Part shown: positions 37,029-46,826 of the stretch, in pieces
Layout of the letters: each line of letters opens with the position of its first letter
Numbering within the stretch: position 1 is the stretch's first letter
Source of the DNA: an uncultured Saprospiraceae bacterium
Lineage (GTDB): Bacteria; Bacteroidota; Bacteroidia; Chitinophagales; Saprospiraceae
Reading direction: 5' to 3'
DNA: 64,000 nucleotides
Assembly (NCBI GenBank): GCA_937941095.1
Contig: CALDYJ010000016.1
Location: forward strand, 45,843 to 109,842
Notes under the pieces: model-generated
What the model was told of the DNA's origin: nothing
Seen by the model: the letters and a program-made list of their open reading frames with translations, nothing else
The model's database searches: none
Translations under genes and position numbers: made by a program

Positions 37029-39674
37029 ATGGTTGGTATTGGATCAGAATGGTCGCCGAAAGAATTAACAGAAAACTGTGTCCTAAATGACAAGATTGAG
37101 GAGATTGTTGAAAGCATAATTAAGCATTTAGATAAAGCTCCGCTAAGACCTGTCTTGATCACTGGAGGTAGTGGCGTAGGCAAATCAGTTTTGATCGATT
37201 TAGTGGCTCAGTATTTTTATCGAAAAAAGACTGTTTGTTATACAGTGACTGCTGGAAACTTAAAAGCAGGGAACCGATACATTGGCGATTTAGAAAATGC
37301 TTTAAAAAATTTCATAGAAGACTTAGTGGCGGATGATGCGATTTGGATAGCACCAAGGTTTCATGAGTTGTATTATGCTGGCAAACATGACAGCAACCCT
37401 TCTGGAATATTGGATCAGATCATCCCAATACTCGAAAGAAATGAGATCCGAATGATTGGTGAAATTAATGAGTCTGATTTAGAAAAACTCACTACCTTAA
37501 ACCCAAATCTTCAAAACACCTTTGAAATAATAAGAATACTTCCTTCGTCTCAAGACTTTACACTAAACTTAGCAAAAGAATGGATTCGAATTGATAAGAA
37601 TCAAGAAAAATGGGCTTCTATAAACGATCCTTTTTTAGAAGATCTGTATTTCATGTCTAAGCAATACCTATCCTATCGAGAAAACCCAGGAGCATTAATT
37701 GATTTTTTAAATTACACTAAAAAAAAGTTTACCAGCACTAATGAACCTTTGAGTAGAAATTCTTTTTATGAATCATTGAGTTCTTTAACAGGGCTTCCAA
37801 TTTCAATACTCAACGATAATGAAAAATTGGATCTAGAAAAAGTGAGACATTTTTTCAATTCCAAAGTTGTAGGACAAGACGAAGCTGTCAACGTCCTGGT
37901 TGAAAGAATGGCAATGATTAAAGCAGGCCTTACCGACCCAGACAAACCATTTGGAGTTTTCTTATTTGTTGGTCCTACTGGAACTGGAAAAACTGAAATC
38001 ACTAAATGCCTAGCAGAATATTTATTTAGCTCTACAGATCGAATGATTCGTTTAGACATGAGTGAGTTTCAAACTGCTGATTCTTATATAAAGATCTTTG
38101 GAAATTATGGTACAACTTCTGAATCAAATTCTTTGGTTAATGAAATTAGAAAGAACCCTTTTTCTGTAATCTTATTAGATGAATTTGAAAAAGCACATTA
38201 TCAAGTTTGGGATTTGTTTCTCCAAGTTTTTGACGATGGGCGACTAACTGATTCCCAAGGTTCAGTTGTAGATTTTAGGCAATCTATTATTATAATGACT
38301 TCCAATGCAGGTGCAAGCATTCCTTCTTTAGATCAGAGAAGAAGGGCACTAGGTTTTAATCCTAGCAAGATAGAATCTGCTGAAACAAAAAATCCGGCTC
38401 AAAATGTAATGGATGCTGTGAATGAAATTTTTAGACCAGAATTTGTAAATAGAATAGATAAAATTGTAGTTTTTAATCCATTAAGTCATGCTGCACTTAG
38501 TAAGATATTAAACATTGAACTTAAAAAGGTTTTAAAAAGAAGAGGGTTAAAAAATAGAAAGTGGGCCTTGGATATGGAAGAATCCGCCGTATCCTTTTTA
38601 TTGGAAAAAGGCTATACACATAATCTTGGAGCCAGACCTCTAAAACGAGCAATAGAACAATACTTGCTTGCTCCTCTAGCATTAACAATTGTTAATCACA
38701 ATTTCCCTAAAGGAGATCAATTTTTATTGGTAAGTAAAAGTAAGGATAAATTGAAAGTATCTTTTATCGATCCTGATGAACCAGAGTACACTTGGGAAGA
38801 AAAAATGAAGGTTCAAAAAAGACAAGAAGAAGTTGCACAAACACTTAGCCTTAAAAAAATATTGAGAGATTGTCTTGGAACGCTTGGTGAATTCAAGTGC
38901 ATTAAAAAAGAACTTAAGGCTTTAAATGAAAAATACCTTTCAGCTGATATTTCTGCCAAAAAAGAAAACCTGATGTCAATGATGTCTGAACAAGATTTTT
39001 GGCAAAGTGATAGAAAACAAGATGTTCTCTCTCAAATAGAATTTTTTGATCGTTTTCAAGAAGCCTACAATACTTCAAACAAACTTTTTGAACGCTTAGA
39101 AGATCCAGAAAAAGATCGTTTAAAATATGATCCATCTCTATTAAAAAAACTAGCACAAAGAACTTACCTTCTAGACAAAGCATTAGCATCATACTTTAAT
39201 GATGAATCTCAAGATGCATTAATCAAAGTTACTTATACCGAAGAAGATAAAGCTTGGGGAGAGACCTTAATTAAAATGTACAATGCTTGGGCTAAACTAA
39301 GAAAAATGGAATTCAAATCTATCTTCAATTCCAAAGACACCGAACGAAATTATCATATCTTTTCAATTGCGGGTTTTGGTGCTTATCATATTTTGAGCAA
39401 AGAACATGGTCTTCATTTTCAAGAACAAAAAAAGAATGAAAACATGGTTGTTACTCGTAGAAAGGCCCATGTAATTGTACTGCCACTACTTTCTATAGAC
39501 TATGAAAACAAATTGAGTTCTAATTACTTGACTAAAAGATTTGCCGGTAAGCAAAGTAATGAAACAGTAAGGAAATTTAATCTCGATTCAAATCAATGCA
39601 AAGATCTTATCAATAAATGGCAAACAGGTAATGTCGATAAGGTTTTGAATGGCGGTTTTGACTTAATTGAGTAG
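37029..39674 (+). CDS. ClpA/ClpB-like double AAA+ ATPase fused to a GGQ-less RF2-like (PCRF-type) C-terminal region
   Basis: D1-like: ITGGSGVGKSVL, with a degenerate Walker B (AIWIAPRFHE). D2: VVGQDEAVNVL, GPTGTGKT, ILLDEFEKA, MTSNAG, FRPEFVNRID, GARPLKRAIEQ. The C-terminal ~280 aa align to RF2 blocks (QDFWQSDRKQ; AWGETLIKMYNAWAKL; IAGFGAYHILSKEHGLH; VRKFNLDSNQCKDLINKWQTGNVDKVLNGGFDLIE). There is no GGQ and no SPF. Confidence 0.8.
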   Translation: MVGIGSEWSPKELTENCVLNDKIEEIVESIIKHLDKAPLRPVLITGGSGVGKSVLIDLVAQYFYRKKTVCYTVTAGNLKAGNRYIGDLENALKNFIEDLVADDAIWIAPRFHELYYAGKHDSNPSGILDQIIPILERNEIRMIGEINESDLEKLTTLNPNLQNTFEIIRILPSSQDFTLNLAKEWIRIDKNQEKWASINDPFLEDLYFMSKQYLSYRENPGALIDFLNYTKKKFTSTNEPLSRNSFYESLSSLTGLPISILNDNEKLDLEKVRHFFNSKVVGQDEAVNVLVERMAMIKAGLTDPDKPFGVFLFVGPTGTGKTEITKCLAEYLFSSTDRMIRLDMSEFQTADSYIKIFGNYGTTSESNSLVNEIRKNPFSVILLDEFEKAHYQVWDLFLQVFDDGRLTDSQGSVVDFRQSIIIMTSNAGASIPSLDQRRRALGFNPSKIESAETKNPAQNVMDAVNEIFRPEFVNRIDKIVVFNPLSHAALSKILNIELKKVLKRRGLKNRKWALDMEESAVSFLLEKGYTHNLGARPLKRAIEQYLLAPLALTIVNHNFPKGDQFLLVSKSKDKLKVSFIDPDEPEYTWEEKMKVQKRQEEVAQTLSLKKILRDCLGTLGEFKCIKKELKALNEKYLSADISAKKENLMSMMSEQDFWQSDRKQDVLSQIEFFDRFQEAYNTSNKLFERLEDPEKDRLKYDPSLLKKLAQRTYLLDKALASYFNDESQDALIKVTYTEEDKAWGETLIKMYNAWAKLRKMEFKSIFNSKDTERNYHIFSIAGFGAYHILSKEHGLHFQEQKKNENMVVTRRKAHVIVLPLLSIDYENKLSSNYLTKRFAGKQSNETVRKFNLDSNQCKDLINKWQTGNVDKVLNGGFDLIE

Positions 39675-39750
39675 TTAAATTTGGAAATAGTCTAAATACT
39701 GACACTTAATCCAATATAAGATATCTAACTTGCTACAATAAATTTATAAT

Positions 39751-42129
39751 ATGCAAAGATTAATACTTTTATCCTTATTATTTTTTACCACTTCATTTGC
39801 TTTTGCTCAATTTAATGTCACGCTTTCTGGAAGTATTGATTACGATCAAAGAGTCAATGACATTTGGGGCTATACAGATGATGCAGGTGTAGAATACGCA
39901 TTGGTTGGAACTAATACGGGATTTTCGATAGTTGGCCTTACAGAAGAAGGTGTACCGTCAGAGTTGTTTTTTATCCCTGGTCAAGAAACGACCTGGAGAG
40001 ATGTCAAGACTTGGGACAAATATGCTTATGTCGTTTGTGATGGATGTACAGAAGGAATGTTGGTCGTTGATTTGAGTGATTTACCTAACAGTATCGATCA
40101 TCAGATGGTAACAAGTACTGATTTTGGAATTTTAGAAAATGCTCATAACATTTGGATTGATGAATTTGGATATGCTTATCTATGTGGATCAAATCTAAAC
40201 GGAGGAGCTTTTGTGTTCGATTGCTTTACTGATCCTTACAATCCAAGTTTTGTTTCAAGCCTGACTGATCAATATGCGCATGATATTTTTGTGAGAGACA
40301 ATAAATTATACACTTCAGAAATATATGCAGGACAGTTTTGTATTTATGATATTGAAGACAAATCCAATCCTGTTCTTCAAGGCTGTCAGCAAACGGAATT
40401 TCAATTTACGCATAATGCATGGTTATCTGATGACAATAACTATTTATTTACAACAGACGAAAGAGAAAATGCCTCTGTTGGATCTTATGATGTTTCTGAC
40501 CCTACAGATATAAAGGAACTTTTTCAGTTTCGTTCTTTACAGACCATTGGACAAGGAACTATTCCTCACAATGTTCATGTATTTAATGATTATCTAATCA
40601 TTTCTTATTACACTGATGGTTGCATCATTGTTGATGCTTCAAAACCAGACAATTTAGTGGAAGTAGGTAACTTTGACACTTATCTAAACCAATCATTTGG
40701 GTTTAATGGGGTATGGGGTGCTTATCCTTTTTTGCCTTCCAGTAAAATTTTAGTTACAGACAGAGATAATGGATTATATGTTCTTACACCAAATTATCAA
40801 AGAGCAGCATTTTTAGAAGGAACGATTACAGACGCCTCAAGTGGTCAAACCATAAATAATGCAAGCATTGAAATTATCGACTTTGAGCGAAGTGCAGATA
40901 CAGATGCATTTGGTTATTATAAATTAGGCTACCCAGAAGGTGGAACTGTTTTGGTAAATGTAGCGGCTCAGACTTATGAATCAAAAAATGTATCTGCTGA
41001 ACTGATACAAGGAGAACTAACTATTCTAGATGTAGAACTCACTCCCCTACTCCCAATTTCATTTACAGGAACCGTTTTAGATTTTGATTCACAAGCACCA
41101 ATTCCTTTTGCAAAATATAAATTTGAAGATGATAACTTTACTTACGAAGGCGAAGCTGATGAAAATGGTGTATTCACAATTCCTGAAATTTTTGAAGGAA
41201 ACTATAATTCATACATAGGTAAGTGGGGACATGAAGAATTAGCCAATCAATCGAATGTCGTTTCCATCAATACAAACAATGAAATCTACTTGCTTAAAAA
41301 AGGATACGTAGATTTTTTCAATTTAGATCATGCTTGGGAATCCGGAGGAGAATCATTTTCTGGAGCTTGGGAATTAGGTATTCCAATCCATTATCCTTTT
41401 GACGGCTTTAATTTAAATCTAGATATTGTACCTAGTGAAGATTCTCCCAATGATCTTGGCAACTCCTGTTTCTTAACAGAGAACAATACCGATCCACCAC
41501 AAGGAAACATTTTTGGTAGAGTATTATTGTCTTCACCTGCAATGGAGATGTCTACTTGGAAGAACCCTACTCTTTCATTTGATTATTGGTTTTTTAATAC
41601 GACTAGCCCATTATTTGGTTTTCCTGAAATAGGAACTTCATTTATGGAGTTTAGTGTTTCGAACGGTGCTGAAACTGTTGATCTTTTTAAAATAAGCATC
41701 GATGAATTAGGTACTGTAGCTTGGAAAGAATATAAAACAGCGCTAAAAGGCTTAATTGACATAAGCGATGAAATGAAAATCCACATCTTAGTCCGAACAG
41801 AAATTGGAGACGAAATTACAGAAGGATTGGTCGACAATTTTAAAGCTTGGGACGCTGGCCTAGTTTCCACAAATGATCCATTGGCTATTGAACTAGAAGT
41901 ATACCCAAATCCTAGTAATGATTACATTAACATATTCGGATTAGAAACTTTATCAGGGAATCATGAGTATTCTATTTTTAATTCAACTGGTCGTATTGTT
42001 AAAACTGGAAACTTGATAAGCCAAGATCAACTAATTGATCTAAATGCATTAGCAAAAGGAATGTATTTATTGAGGATAGAAGAAAAAGAGAAAGGAGAAA
42101 GCTTTACAAAAAAGTTTACAAAACTATAG
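39751..42129 (+). CDS. Choice-of-anchor-B / LVIVD-repeat beta-propeller protein with CarboxypepD_reg-like domain and T9SS type A tail
   Basis: Signal peptide ...SFAFAQ. NDIWGYTDDAGVEYALVG, TTWRDVKTWDKYAYVV, EGMLVVDLSDLPN, GCIIVDASKPDNLVEVG. FLEGTITDASSGQTINNASIEI is CarboxypepD_reg-like. The tail is VYPNPSNDYINIFG ... GMYLLRI ... KKFTKL. Confidence 0.7.
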   Translation: MQRLILLSLLFFTTSFAFAQFNVTLSGSIDYDQRVNDIWGYTDDAGVEYALVGTNTGFSIVGLTEEGVPSELFFIPGQETTWRDVKTWDKYAYVVCDGCTEGMLVVDLSDLPNSIDHQMVTSTDFGILENAHNIWIDEFGYAYLCGSNLNGGAFVFDCFTDPYNPSFVSSLTDQYAHDIFVRDNKLYTSEIYAGQFCIYDIEDKSNPVLQGCQQTEFQFTHNAWLSDDNNYLFTTDERENASVGSYDVSDPTDIKELFQFRSLQTIGQGTIPHNVHVFNDYLIISYYTDGCIIVDASKPDNLVEVGNFDTYLNQSFGFNGVWGAYPFLPSSKILVTDRDNGLYVLTPNYQRAAFLEGTITDASSGQTINNASIEIIDFERSADTDAFGYYKLGYPEGGTVLVNVAAQTYESKNVSAELIQGELTILDVELTPLLPISFTGTVLDFDSQAPIPFAKYKFEDDNFTYEGEADENGVFTIPEIFEGNYNSYIGKWGHEELANQSNVVSINTNNEIYLLKKGYVDFFNLDHAWESGGESFSGAWELGIPIHYPFDGFNLNLDIVPSEDSPNDLGNSCFLTENNTDPPQGNIFGRVLLSSPAMEMSTWKNPTLSFDYWFFNTTSPLFGFPEIGTSFMEFSVSNGAETVDLFKISIDELGTVAWKEYKTALKGLIDISDEMKIHILVRTEIGDEITEGLVDNFKAWDAGLVSTNDPLAIELEVYPNPSNDYINIFGLETLSGNHEYSIFNSTGRIVKTGNLISQDQLIDLNALAKGMYLLRIEEKEKGESFTKKFTKL

Positions 42130-42140
42130 TGGACAAAAAC

Positions 42141-42189
42141 ATTAAGTTTACCTAGTTTCAAATTTAAATTTGATCTAGGTAAACTTAAT
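42141..42189. terminator. 49-bp near-perfect palindrome between convergent genes (probable bidirectional terminator)
   Basis: ATTAAGTTTACCTAG (42141..42155) pairs perfectly with CTAGGTAAACTTAAT (42175..42189). The 19-nt centre contains the nested palindrome CAAATTTAAATTTG. It is AT-rich but lacks a clean U-tract. Confidence 0.5.
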
Positions 42190-42201
42190 TTATTAAAGGT
42201 T

Positions 42202-43137
42202 TTAAATAATCTTCATTTTATTGAAAGTCTTCATCACATCTTTGACATGATTAGCAGAATTTTTCAATAATTTCATTTCTGATTTATTCAACTTTAATTT
42301 TAATATTTCTTCAATACCATTCTTACCCAATTTCACTGGTACACCTAGGTACATGTTTTTAATTCCGTATTGACCAGTTAACCAAGCACAACAAGGAAAA
42401 ATTCTTCCTTCGTCTTTGATGATTGACTCAACCATTTGTGCAGCTGCCGCACCAGGAGCATACCAAGCAGAAGTACCCATTAATTTAACAAGCTCTCCAC
42501 CTCCTTTTTTAGTTCTGTTTACGATTGCTTTCAATTTGGCGGCAGTGATCATCTCTGTAACTGGGATACCTGCAACAGTAGTGTACCTTGGAAGTGGGAC
42601 CATTGTATCACCGTGCCCCCCCATAAGGATTGCAGAAATGTCTTTAGGAGAAACTTTAAGTTCTGTAGCTAAAAATGCTCTGTATCTCGCAGTATCTAAA
42701 ATTCCTGCCATACCAAAAACTTTATTTGGTTCAGAACCAGATGCTTTAAAAGCAGCATAAGTCATTACATCAAGAGGATTTGATACAACAATGATGATTG
42801 CTTTTTTAGAATACTTTCTAATTGATTTTGTTACTGATACTACAATATTAGCATTAGTAGAAATAAGATCATCTCTACTCATCCCTGGCTTTCTAGGAAT
42901 ACCTGCAGTGATCACAACGATATCTGACCCTTTGGTATCTTTATAGTCATCTGTTCCGGTTAATTTAGTGCTGTAATAGTCAATAGGTGCTTGTTGCCAA
43001 GAATCTAATGCCTTACCTTTTGCAAAGTTGCCTCTGATATCTAAAAGAACTACTTCATTAACGATATCTTTGTGGGCAAGTACATTTGCTACAGTGGCAC
43101 CAACATTTCCAGCGCCTACTACGGTTACTTTGCTCAT
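42202..43137 (-). CDS. mdh: Malate dehydrogenase (LDH-like MDH)
   Basis: MSKVTVVGAGNVGATVANVLA (Rossmann fold), VVITAGIPRKPGMSRDDL, GGHGDTMVPL. Confidence 0.92.
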   Translation of the reverse strand: MSKVTVVGAGNVGATVANVLAHKDIVNEVVLLDIRGNFAKGKALDSWQQAPIDYYSTKLTGTDDYKDTKGSDIVVITAGIPRKPGMSRDDLISTNANIVVSVTKSIRKYSKKAIIIVVSNPLDVMTYAAFKASGSEPNKVFGMAGILDTARYRAFLATELKVSPKDISAILMGGHGDTMVPLPRYTTVAGIPVTEMITAAKLKAIVNRTKKGGGELVKLMGTSAWYAPGAAAAQMVESIIKDEGRIFPCCAWLTGQYGIKNMYLGVPVKLGKNGIEEILKLKLNKSEMKLLKNSANHVKDVMKTFNKMKII

Positions 43138-43184
43138 TGAGAATTTTTTTTTATTAAAAGATTAAATAATTGAATTTTGCACCG

Positions 43185-43192
43185 CAAAAATA
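43185..43192 (-). promoter_or_regulatory. Putative -7 box (TATTTTTG) for mdh
   Basis: The plus strand caaaaata is the reverse complement of TAnnTTTG. It lies ~48 nt upstream of the ATG at 43137. Confidence 0.3.
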
Positions 43193-43215
43193 CTTTTTTT
43201 ATTATAGCATACAAC

Positions 43216-43905
43216 TCAATTTTGTTTTAAATGCTTATAATATGCTTGTTTGATGCGGTGTGGGTTGACCCCAAAATAAAATTGTAGGAAGGCATATAAA
43301 TTTGCACATTGAACTTTTAGGTAAGCATTTTGATCGTATTTTCTTGCTGAAACTAAAACACTTTTTCTAAAAATCTTATACTTTGTCTTTTTGCGAGCTC
43401 TTCTGATCAGATCAAAATCTTCCATAATGACAAACTGTTCATCAAAACCATCGAGCTCTTCAAAGAAATCTTTTTTAATGAAAATCGTTTGATCTCCTCC
43501 TCTCATCATCAAGAGATCAAATCGTGTAAAAAACGAGTTTATTTTTAAACGGATGTCATTTGCATTAAAACGAAATCTATAGCCACCAATTGAACTTCCT
43601 TCTTGTGTAGCTTTTAAAATATCTTGAATGCAAGTCAAAGGAGGTTGGCTATCTGCGTGAATAAAATAATAAACATCGCCTTCTGCAATTCGGACTGCAT
43701 TGTTCATCTGTTTCGCCCTGCCTTTTTCTGATTCAATCCATTTTACATCAAATTGTTCAGCAATGGATTTTGTAGCATCAATGCTACCACCGTCAGAAAC
43801 TATGATTTCATAAAGTTCTTTTTCCTTTAATTCACTTAAATGATTCAAAAGTTTTTCAAGACAAAACTCTTCATTACAGGTCGGAATAATGATACTTATT
43901 TTCAT
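43216..43905 (-). CDS. Family 2 glycosyltransferase
   Basis: MKISIIIPTCNEE, VSDGGSIDAT, YYFIHADS (DxD-like region). Its start codon overlaps the stop of the upstream gene by 1 nt (TAATG). Confidence 0.75.
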   Translation of the reverse strand: MKISIIIPTCNEEFCLEKLLNHLSELKEKELYEIIVSDGGSIDATKSIAEQFDVKWIESEKGRAKQMNNAVRIAEGDVYYFIHADSQPPLTCIQDILKATQEGSSIGGYRFRFNANDIRLKINSFFTRFDLLMMRGGDQTIFIKKDFFEELDGFDEQFVIMEDFDLIRRARKKTKYKIFRKSVLVSARKYDQNAYLKVQCANLYAFLQFYFGVNPHRIKQAYYKHLKQN

Positions 43906-45026
43906 TAAAAAGCTTCTCCAAATGTAAAGTAAAATTGCAATCCATCTTTTCCATATCCAAAATCAATTCTCAAATTGACCTTTTGTTTTTTATCTAAAGC
44001 ATACCTTAGACCAGCTCCAATTGCCGGTAAGGCCTCATTAGGATCAAATCCTTTCTCGTGACTATGGATACCACCAATATTTGCAAAGACAACAGCCCCA
44101 AAATTCTTTTTTAAAACGATTCGATATTCCATTTGAAGGCCAAAGGCAGCATCATCGCGATAGGATCCTCTGAGGTAACCCCTCGATTGTTTTCCGCCAC
44201 CGAAGAGAGCTAATTCATAAAATGGAGCTTCGCCATATACTATTTTCGTGTAAGCATTAAGAGCTAGGACATTATTTTTGATGGGAATATATTTGCTTGT
44301 AGAAAATTCGAAAAATGTAAAATCGTAATCACTTCCTAATGCTTTCGCATTAAAAAAGTATCGCATTTCTAAAAGAGAACCCTTTGTAGGAAAATTTATA
44401 TGATCTCTCTTATCTAAAATTAATAACGGTCCAATGCCTAAGGTAAGACCACCTTCTTTTCCTAAAACATCTTCAAATTTTAGGGCTCCTTCTTCATCAA
44501 AGCCTAATCCATTAAAAGCATCAAGTCTAAAATTTATACCTAAGTATAAATCTTTTTTAAATTTATGAAGATAATCAGTTTCAATCCTTGGAAACTTAAC
44601 GGAATAAGATTCAAGTGCGGTTCGATTTTCTATTCCAATCCCTTGATAAGGGTAAATGTAATCGTAGTATCCAAATTCGCCTTTAATCCAGATCTTATCT
44701 TCTTTAAAATAGAGATTATAAGGAAAATAAATAAGAAGTTGTTTGTTAAGCGTGTAAACCAAACCTGCGCTAATGGAAGATACTTTTTCGGAAACAATTT
44801 GTTGTTGCCATTTAAAAGAACACCTTGCGACACCACCGAAGCCTAATTTTGTTTCTGGCAAATAGAAAGCAACAGGTAAGGCTATGAAGGATTTTTCTTT
44901 CGTAAGCTTTACTTCTTGCGCGTTCAATTTAAAGTTAGCGCAGATAAGTATTAGGCAAAACCATGTTAATTTCACCTTGGTATTAACATTTTGGCTATGA
45001 ATCTTACTTTGGAAACTATGACGCAT
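43905..45026 (-). CDS. Omp85/BamA-like (bacterial surface antigen) outer-membrane beta-barrel protein
   Basis: Signal-like N-terminus (CLILICANFKLNAQ). Alternating barrel strands and a C-terminal ...GLQFYFTFGEAF with terminal Phe. ATG at 45026 is preferred over the track TTG at 45035. Confidence 0.6.
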   Translation of the reverse strand: MRHSFQSKIHSQNVNTKVKLTWFCLILICANFKLNAQEVKLTKEKSFIALPVAFYLPETKLGFGGVARCSFKWQQQIVSEKVSSISAGLVYTLNKQLLIYFPYNLYFKEDKIWIKGEFGYYDYIYPYQGIGIENRTALESYSVKFPRIETDYLHKFKKDLYLGINFRLDAFNGLGFDEEGALKFEDVLGKEGGLTLGIGPLLILDKRDHINFPTKGSLLEMRYFFNAKALGSDYDFTFFEFSTSKYIPIKNNVLALNAYTKIVYGEAPFYELALFGGGKQSRGYLRGSYRDDAAFGLQMEYRIVLKKNFGAVVFANIGGIHSHEKGFDPNEALPAIGAGLRYALDKKQKVNLRIDFGYGKDGLQFYFTFGEAF

Positions 45027-45159
45027 AATTGTCAAATTATGAATAATTATGCTGTTAACGTACTACTTTTATATTGAATACTATTTAAAGTAATATTTGA
45101 GTGCTAAAGGACAATTATAAGTCTAAATAATTCTTATTTTAGCATTTAAAAATTGAAGT

Positions 45160-46707
45160 ATGATTAAAATTATATCTACACTCTTATGTTCTCTTTTCCT
45201 TTGCAGTGCTTCTGGCCAAATGCCTGATGTATGGTGCACTATGACTGCAGAAGAAGGAGATTTGCAGATTGAAATGACTAAAAAGGCGAAAAAGGCCTAC
45301 GAAAATGGGGAAGTTTTAAAATCTGGAGAAATAACTTGGGTTCCAGTTAAGTTTCACATTATGGCTATGTCTAATGGAATTGGAGGGATTTCTGAAATTG
45401 AAATCTTTGAACAACTAGTAAAATGGAATGAGTTTTATTTAGATCAAGAGATTCAATTTTACATAGATGGTCCCACCTTCAATAGAATCGAAAACACGGC
45501 AGCTTATGAAGACCCAAGAGGGACTGCAGGCTCTTTTCAATTGCAAAATGCTAAAAATCAATTTTTCGGAAGGATGAATATATTCATTCCATTAAATTCT
45601 GGTGATATTTCAGGAGTTGGTACTTCTGCTGGTTATTATTCTCCGCAAGGAGATTGGATTGTTGTTAGAAAAAATGAGATTGCTAATAGCTCTGAGACCA
45701 TAATTCATGAAGCAGGCCATTTCTTTTCATTGTCTCATGTTTTTAGAGGATGGGATTTTGAACCATATGAAGAAGCTGTACATGGAAATCCAGCACCTGC
45801 ATTTTCTCCAGGTCAATTGAGAACAGAAAACCAAGACAGACAAGGAAACTGCGCAAATTGTAGTTTTGCAGGCGATATGCTTTGTGATACGAATCCAGAT
45901 TACTTATTGAGCCAGAATTATTCAAGTGGTAATTGTGATTATAATGGATCCATCATGGATCCTTGTGGTGTTGTTGTTGAACCGCCTAAAGAAAATGTGA
46001 TGTCTTATTTCTTTGGTTGTGATCAAGTATTTTCTGAGCAACAAAAAGGATTAATCTCAGCTAATCTTAATGAAAGAAGACAAGGAGGTTCTATCAATAA
46101 AAATCTAGAACCAGACAGAATTGCTGTTGTTGAATCTGGATTAACTGTAGTCTCACCTTTAGAAGGAGAAGTATTAGCTTTTAATAACATTGCCCATTTG
46201 GACTGGGAAGATGTACCTGGAGCAACTAAATATGTTGTTGATGTCGATAAATTTTCAAGTTTTAATGTTCAAAACGAAAGATTTATTGTTGATTATTCAG
46301 GACTTACTTTATCTGATTTAAATGCCGATGATGTTTATTATTGGAGAGTATATCCTTTTAACTCTACTTCAACTGGTGCAGGATGGTCTTCTACAAATTC
46401 ATTTACAACTGGAGATGGAACTACTGCAGTAGAAAGTATTGCTGCTTTAGACACATGGACTTTATCACCCAATCCAATGACTATTGATTCTGATGTTTTA
46501 GTTACACTAAGAGCAAAGTCAACTTTTAATGGTTTAATCAGTGTCAAAGACATAACAGGTAAAACAATGTCACAAACAATGGAAACATTAGGAGTTGGTG
46601 ATAATACGATAAAAATAAATACAGCTGACTTACAAAATGGTATTTACATAGTAAGTATTACTTCTGGAGATTCAGTAAGTACTAAAAAATTAATTGTCAA
46701 CAAATAG
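45160..46707 (+). CDS. M43-like zinc metalloprotease with T9SS type A tail
   Basis: Signal peptide. HEAGHFFSLSH (HExxHxxxxxH), GDMLCDTNPDY, NVMSYF (Met-turn region). The tail is LSPNPMTIDSD ... GIYIVSI ... KKLIVNK. Confidence 0.7.
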   Translation: MIKIISTLLCSLFLCSASGQMPDVWCTMTAEEGDLQIEMTKKAKKAYENGEVLKSGEITWVPVKFHIMAMSNGIGGISEIEIFEQLVKWNEFYLDQEIQFYIDGPTFNRIENTAAYEDPRGTAGSFQLQNAKNQFFGRMNIFIPLNSGDISGVGTSAGYYSPQGDWIVVRKNEIANSSETIIHEAGHFFSLSHVFRGWDFEPYEEAVHGNPAPAFSPGQLRTENQDRQGNCANCSFAGDMLCDTNPDYLLSQNYSSGNCDYNGSIMDPCGVVVEPPKENVMSYFFGCDQVFSEQQKGLISANLNERRQGGSINKNLEPDRIAVVESGLTVVSPLEGEVLAFNNIAHLDWEDVPGATKYVVDVDKFSSFNVQNERFIVDYSGLTLSDLNADDVYYWRVYPFNSTSTGAGWSSTNSFTTGDGTTAVESIAALDTWTLSPNPMTIDSDVLVTLRAKSTFNGLISVKDITGKTMSQTMETLGVGDNTIKINTADLQNGIYIVSITSGDSVSTKKLIVNK

Positions 46708-46733
46708 CATTTTTGTTTTTATTTGATAAAAAA

Positions 46734-46768
46734 GCCAGGCTAAAAGAAAGTTTAGCCTGGCTTTTTTT
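46734..46768 (+). terminator. Rho-independent terminator between the two M43-like paralogs
   Basis: GCCAGGCTAAA-agaaag-TTTAGCCTGGC is a perfect 11-bp stem followed by T7. It is preceded by an A-tract, so it could work in both directions. Confidence 0.8.
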
Positions 46769-46826
46769 ATCTTTAATCATAGGGATCACTTTCATAATTC
46801 AAAACCAATTATTTAACATCCTTATT

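Noticed and set aside
46713-46826. Track start (TTG 46713) for the second M43-like gene, giving MFLFDKKARLKESLAWLF...
   Set aside because: That extension is translated straight through the perfect terminator hairpin at 46734..46768. The ATG at 46827 yields a canonical signal peptide.
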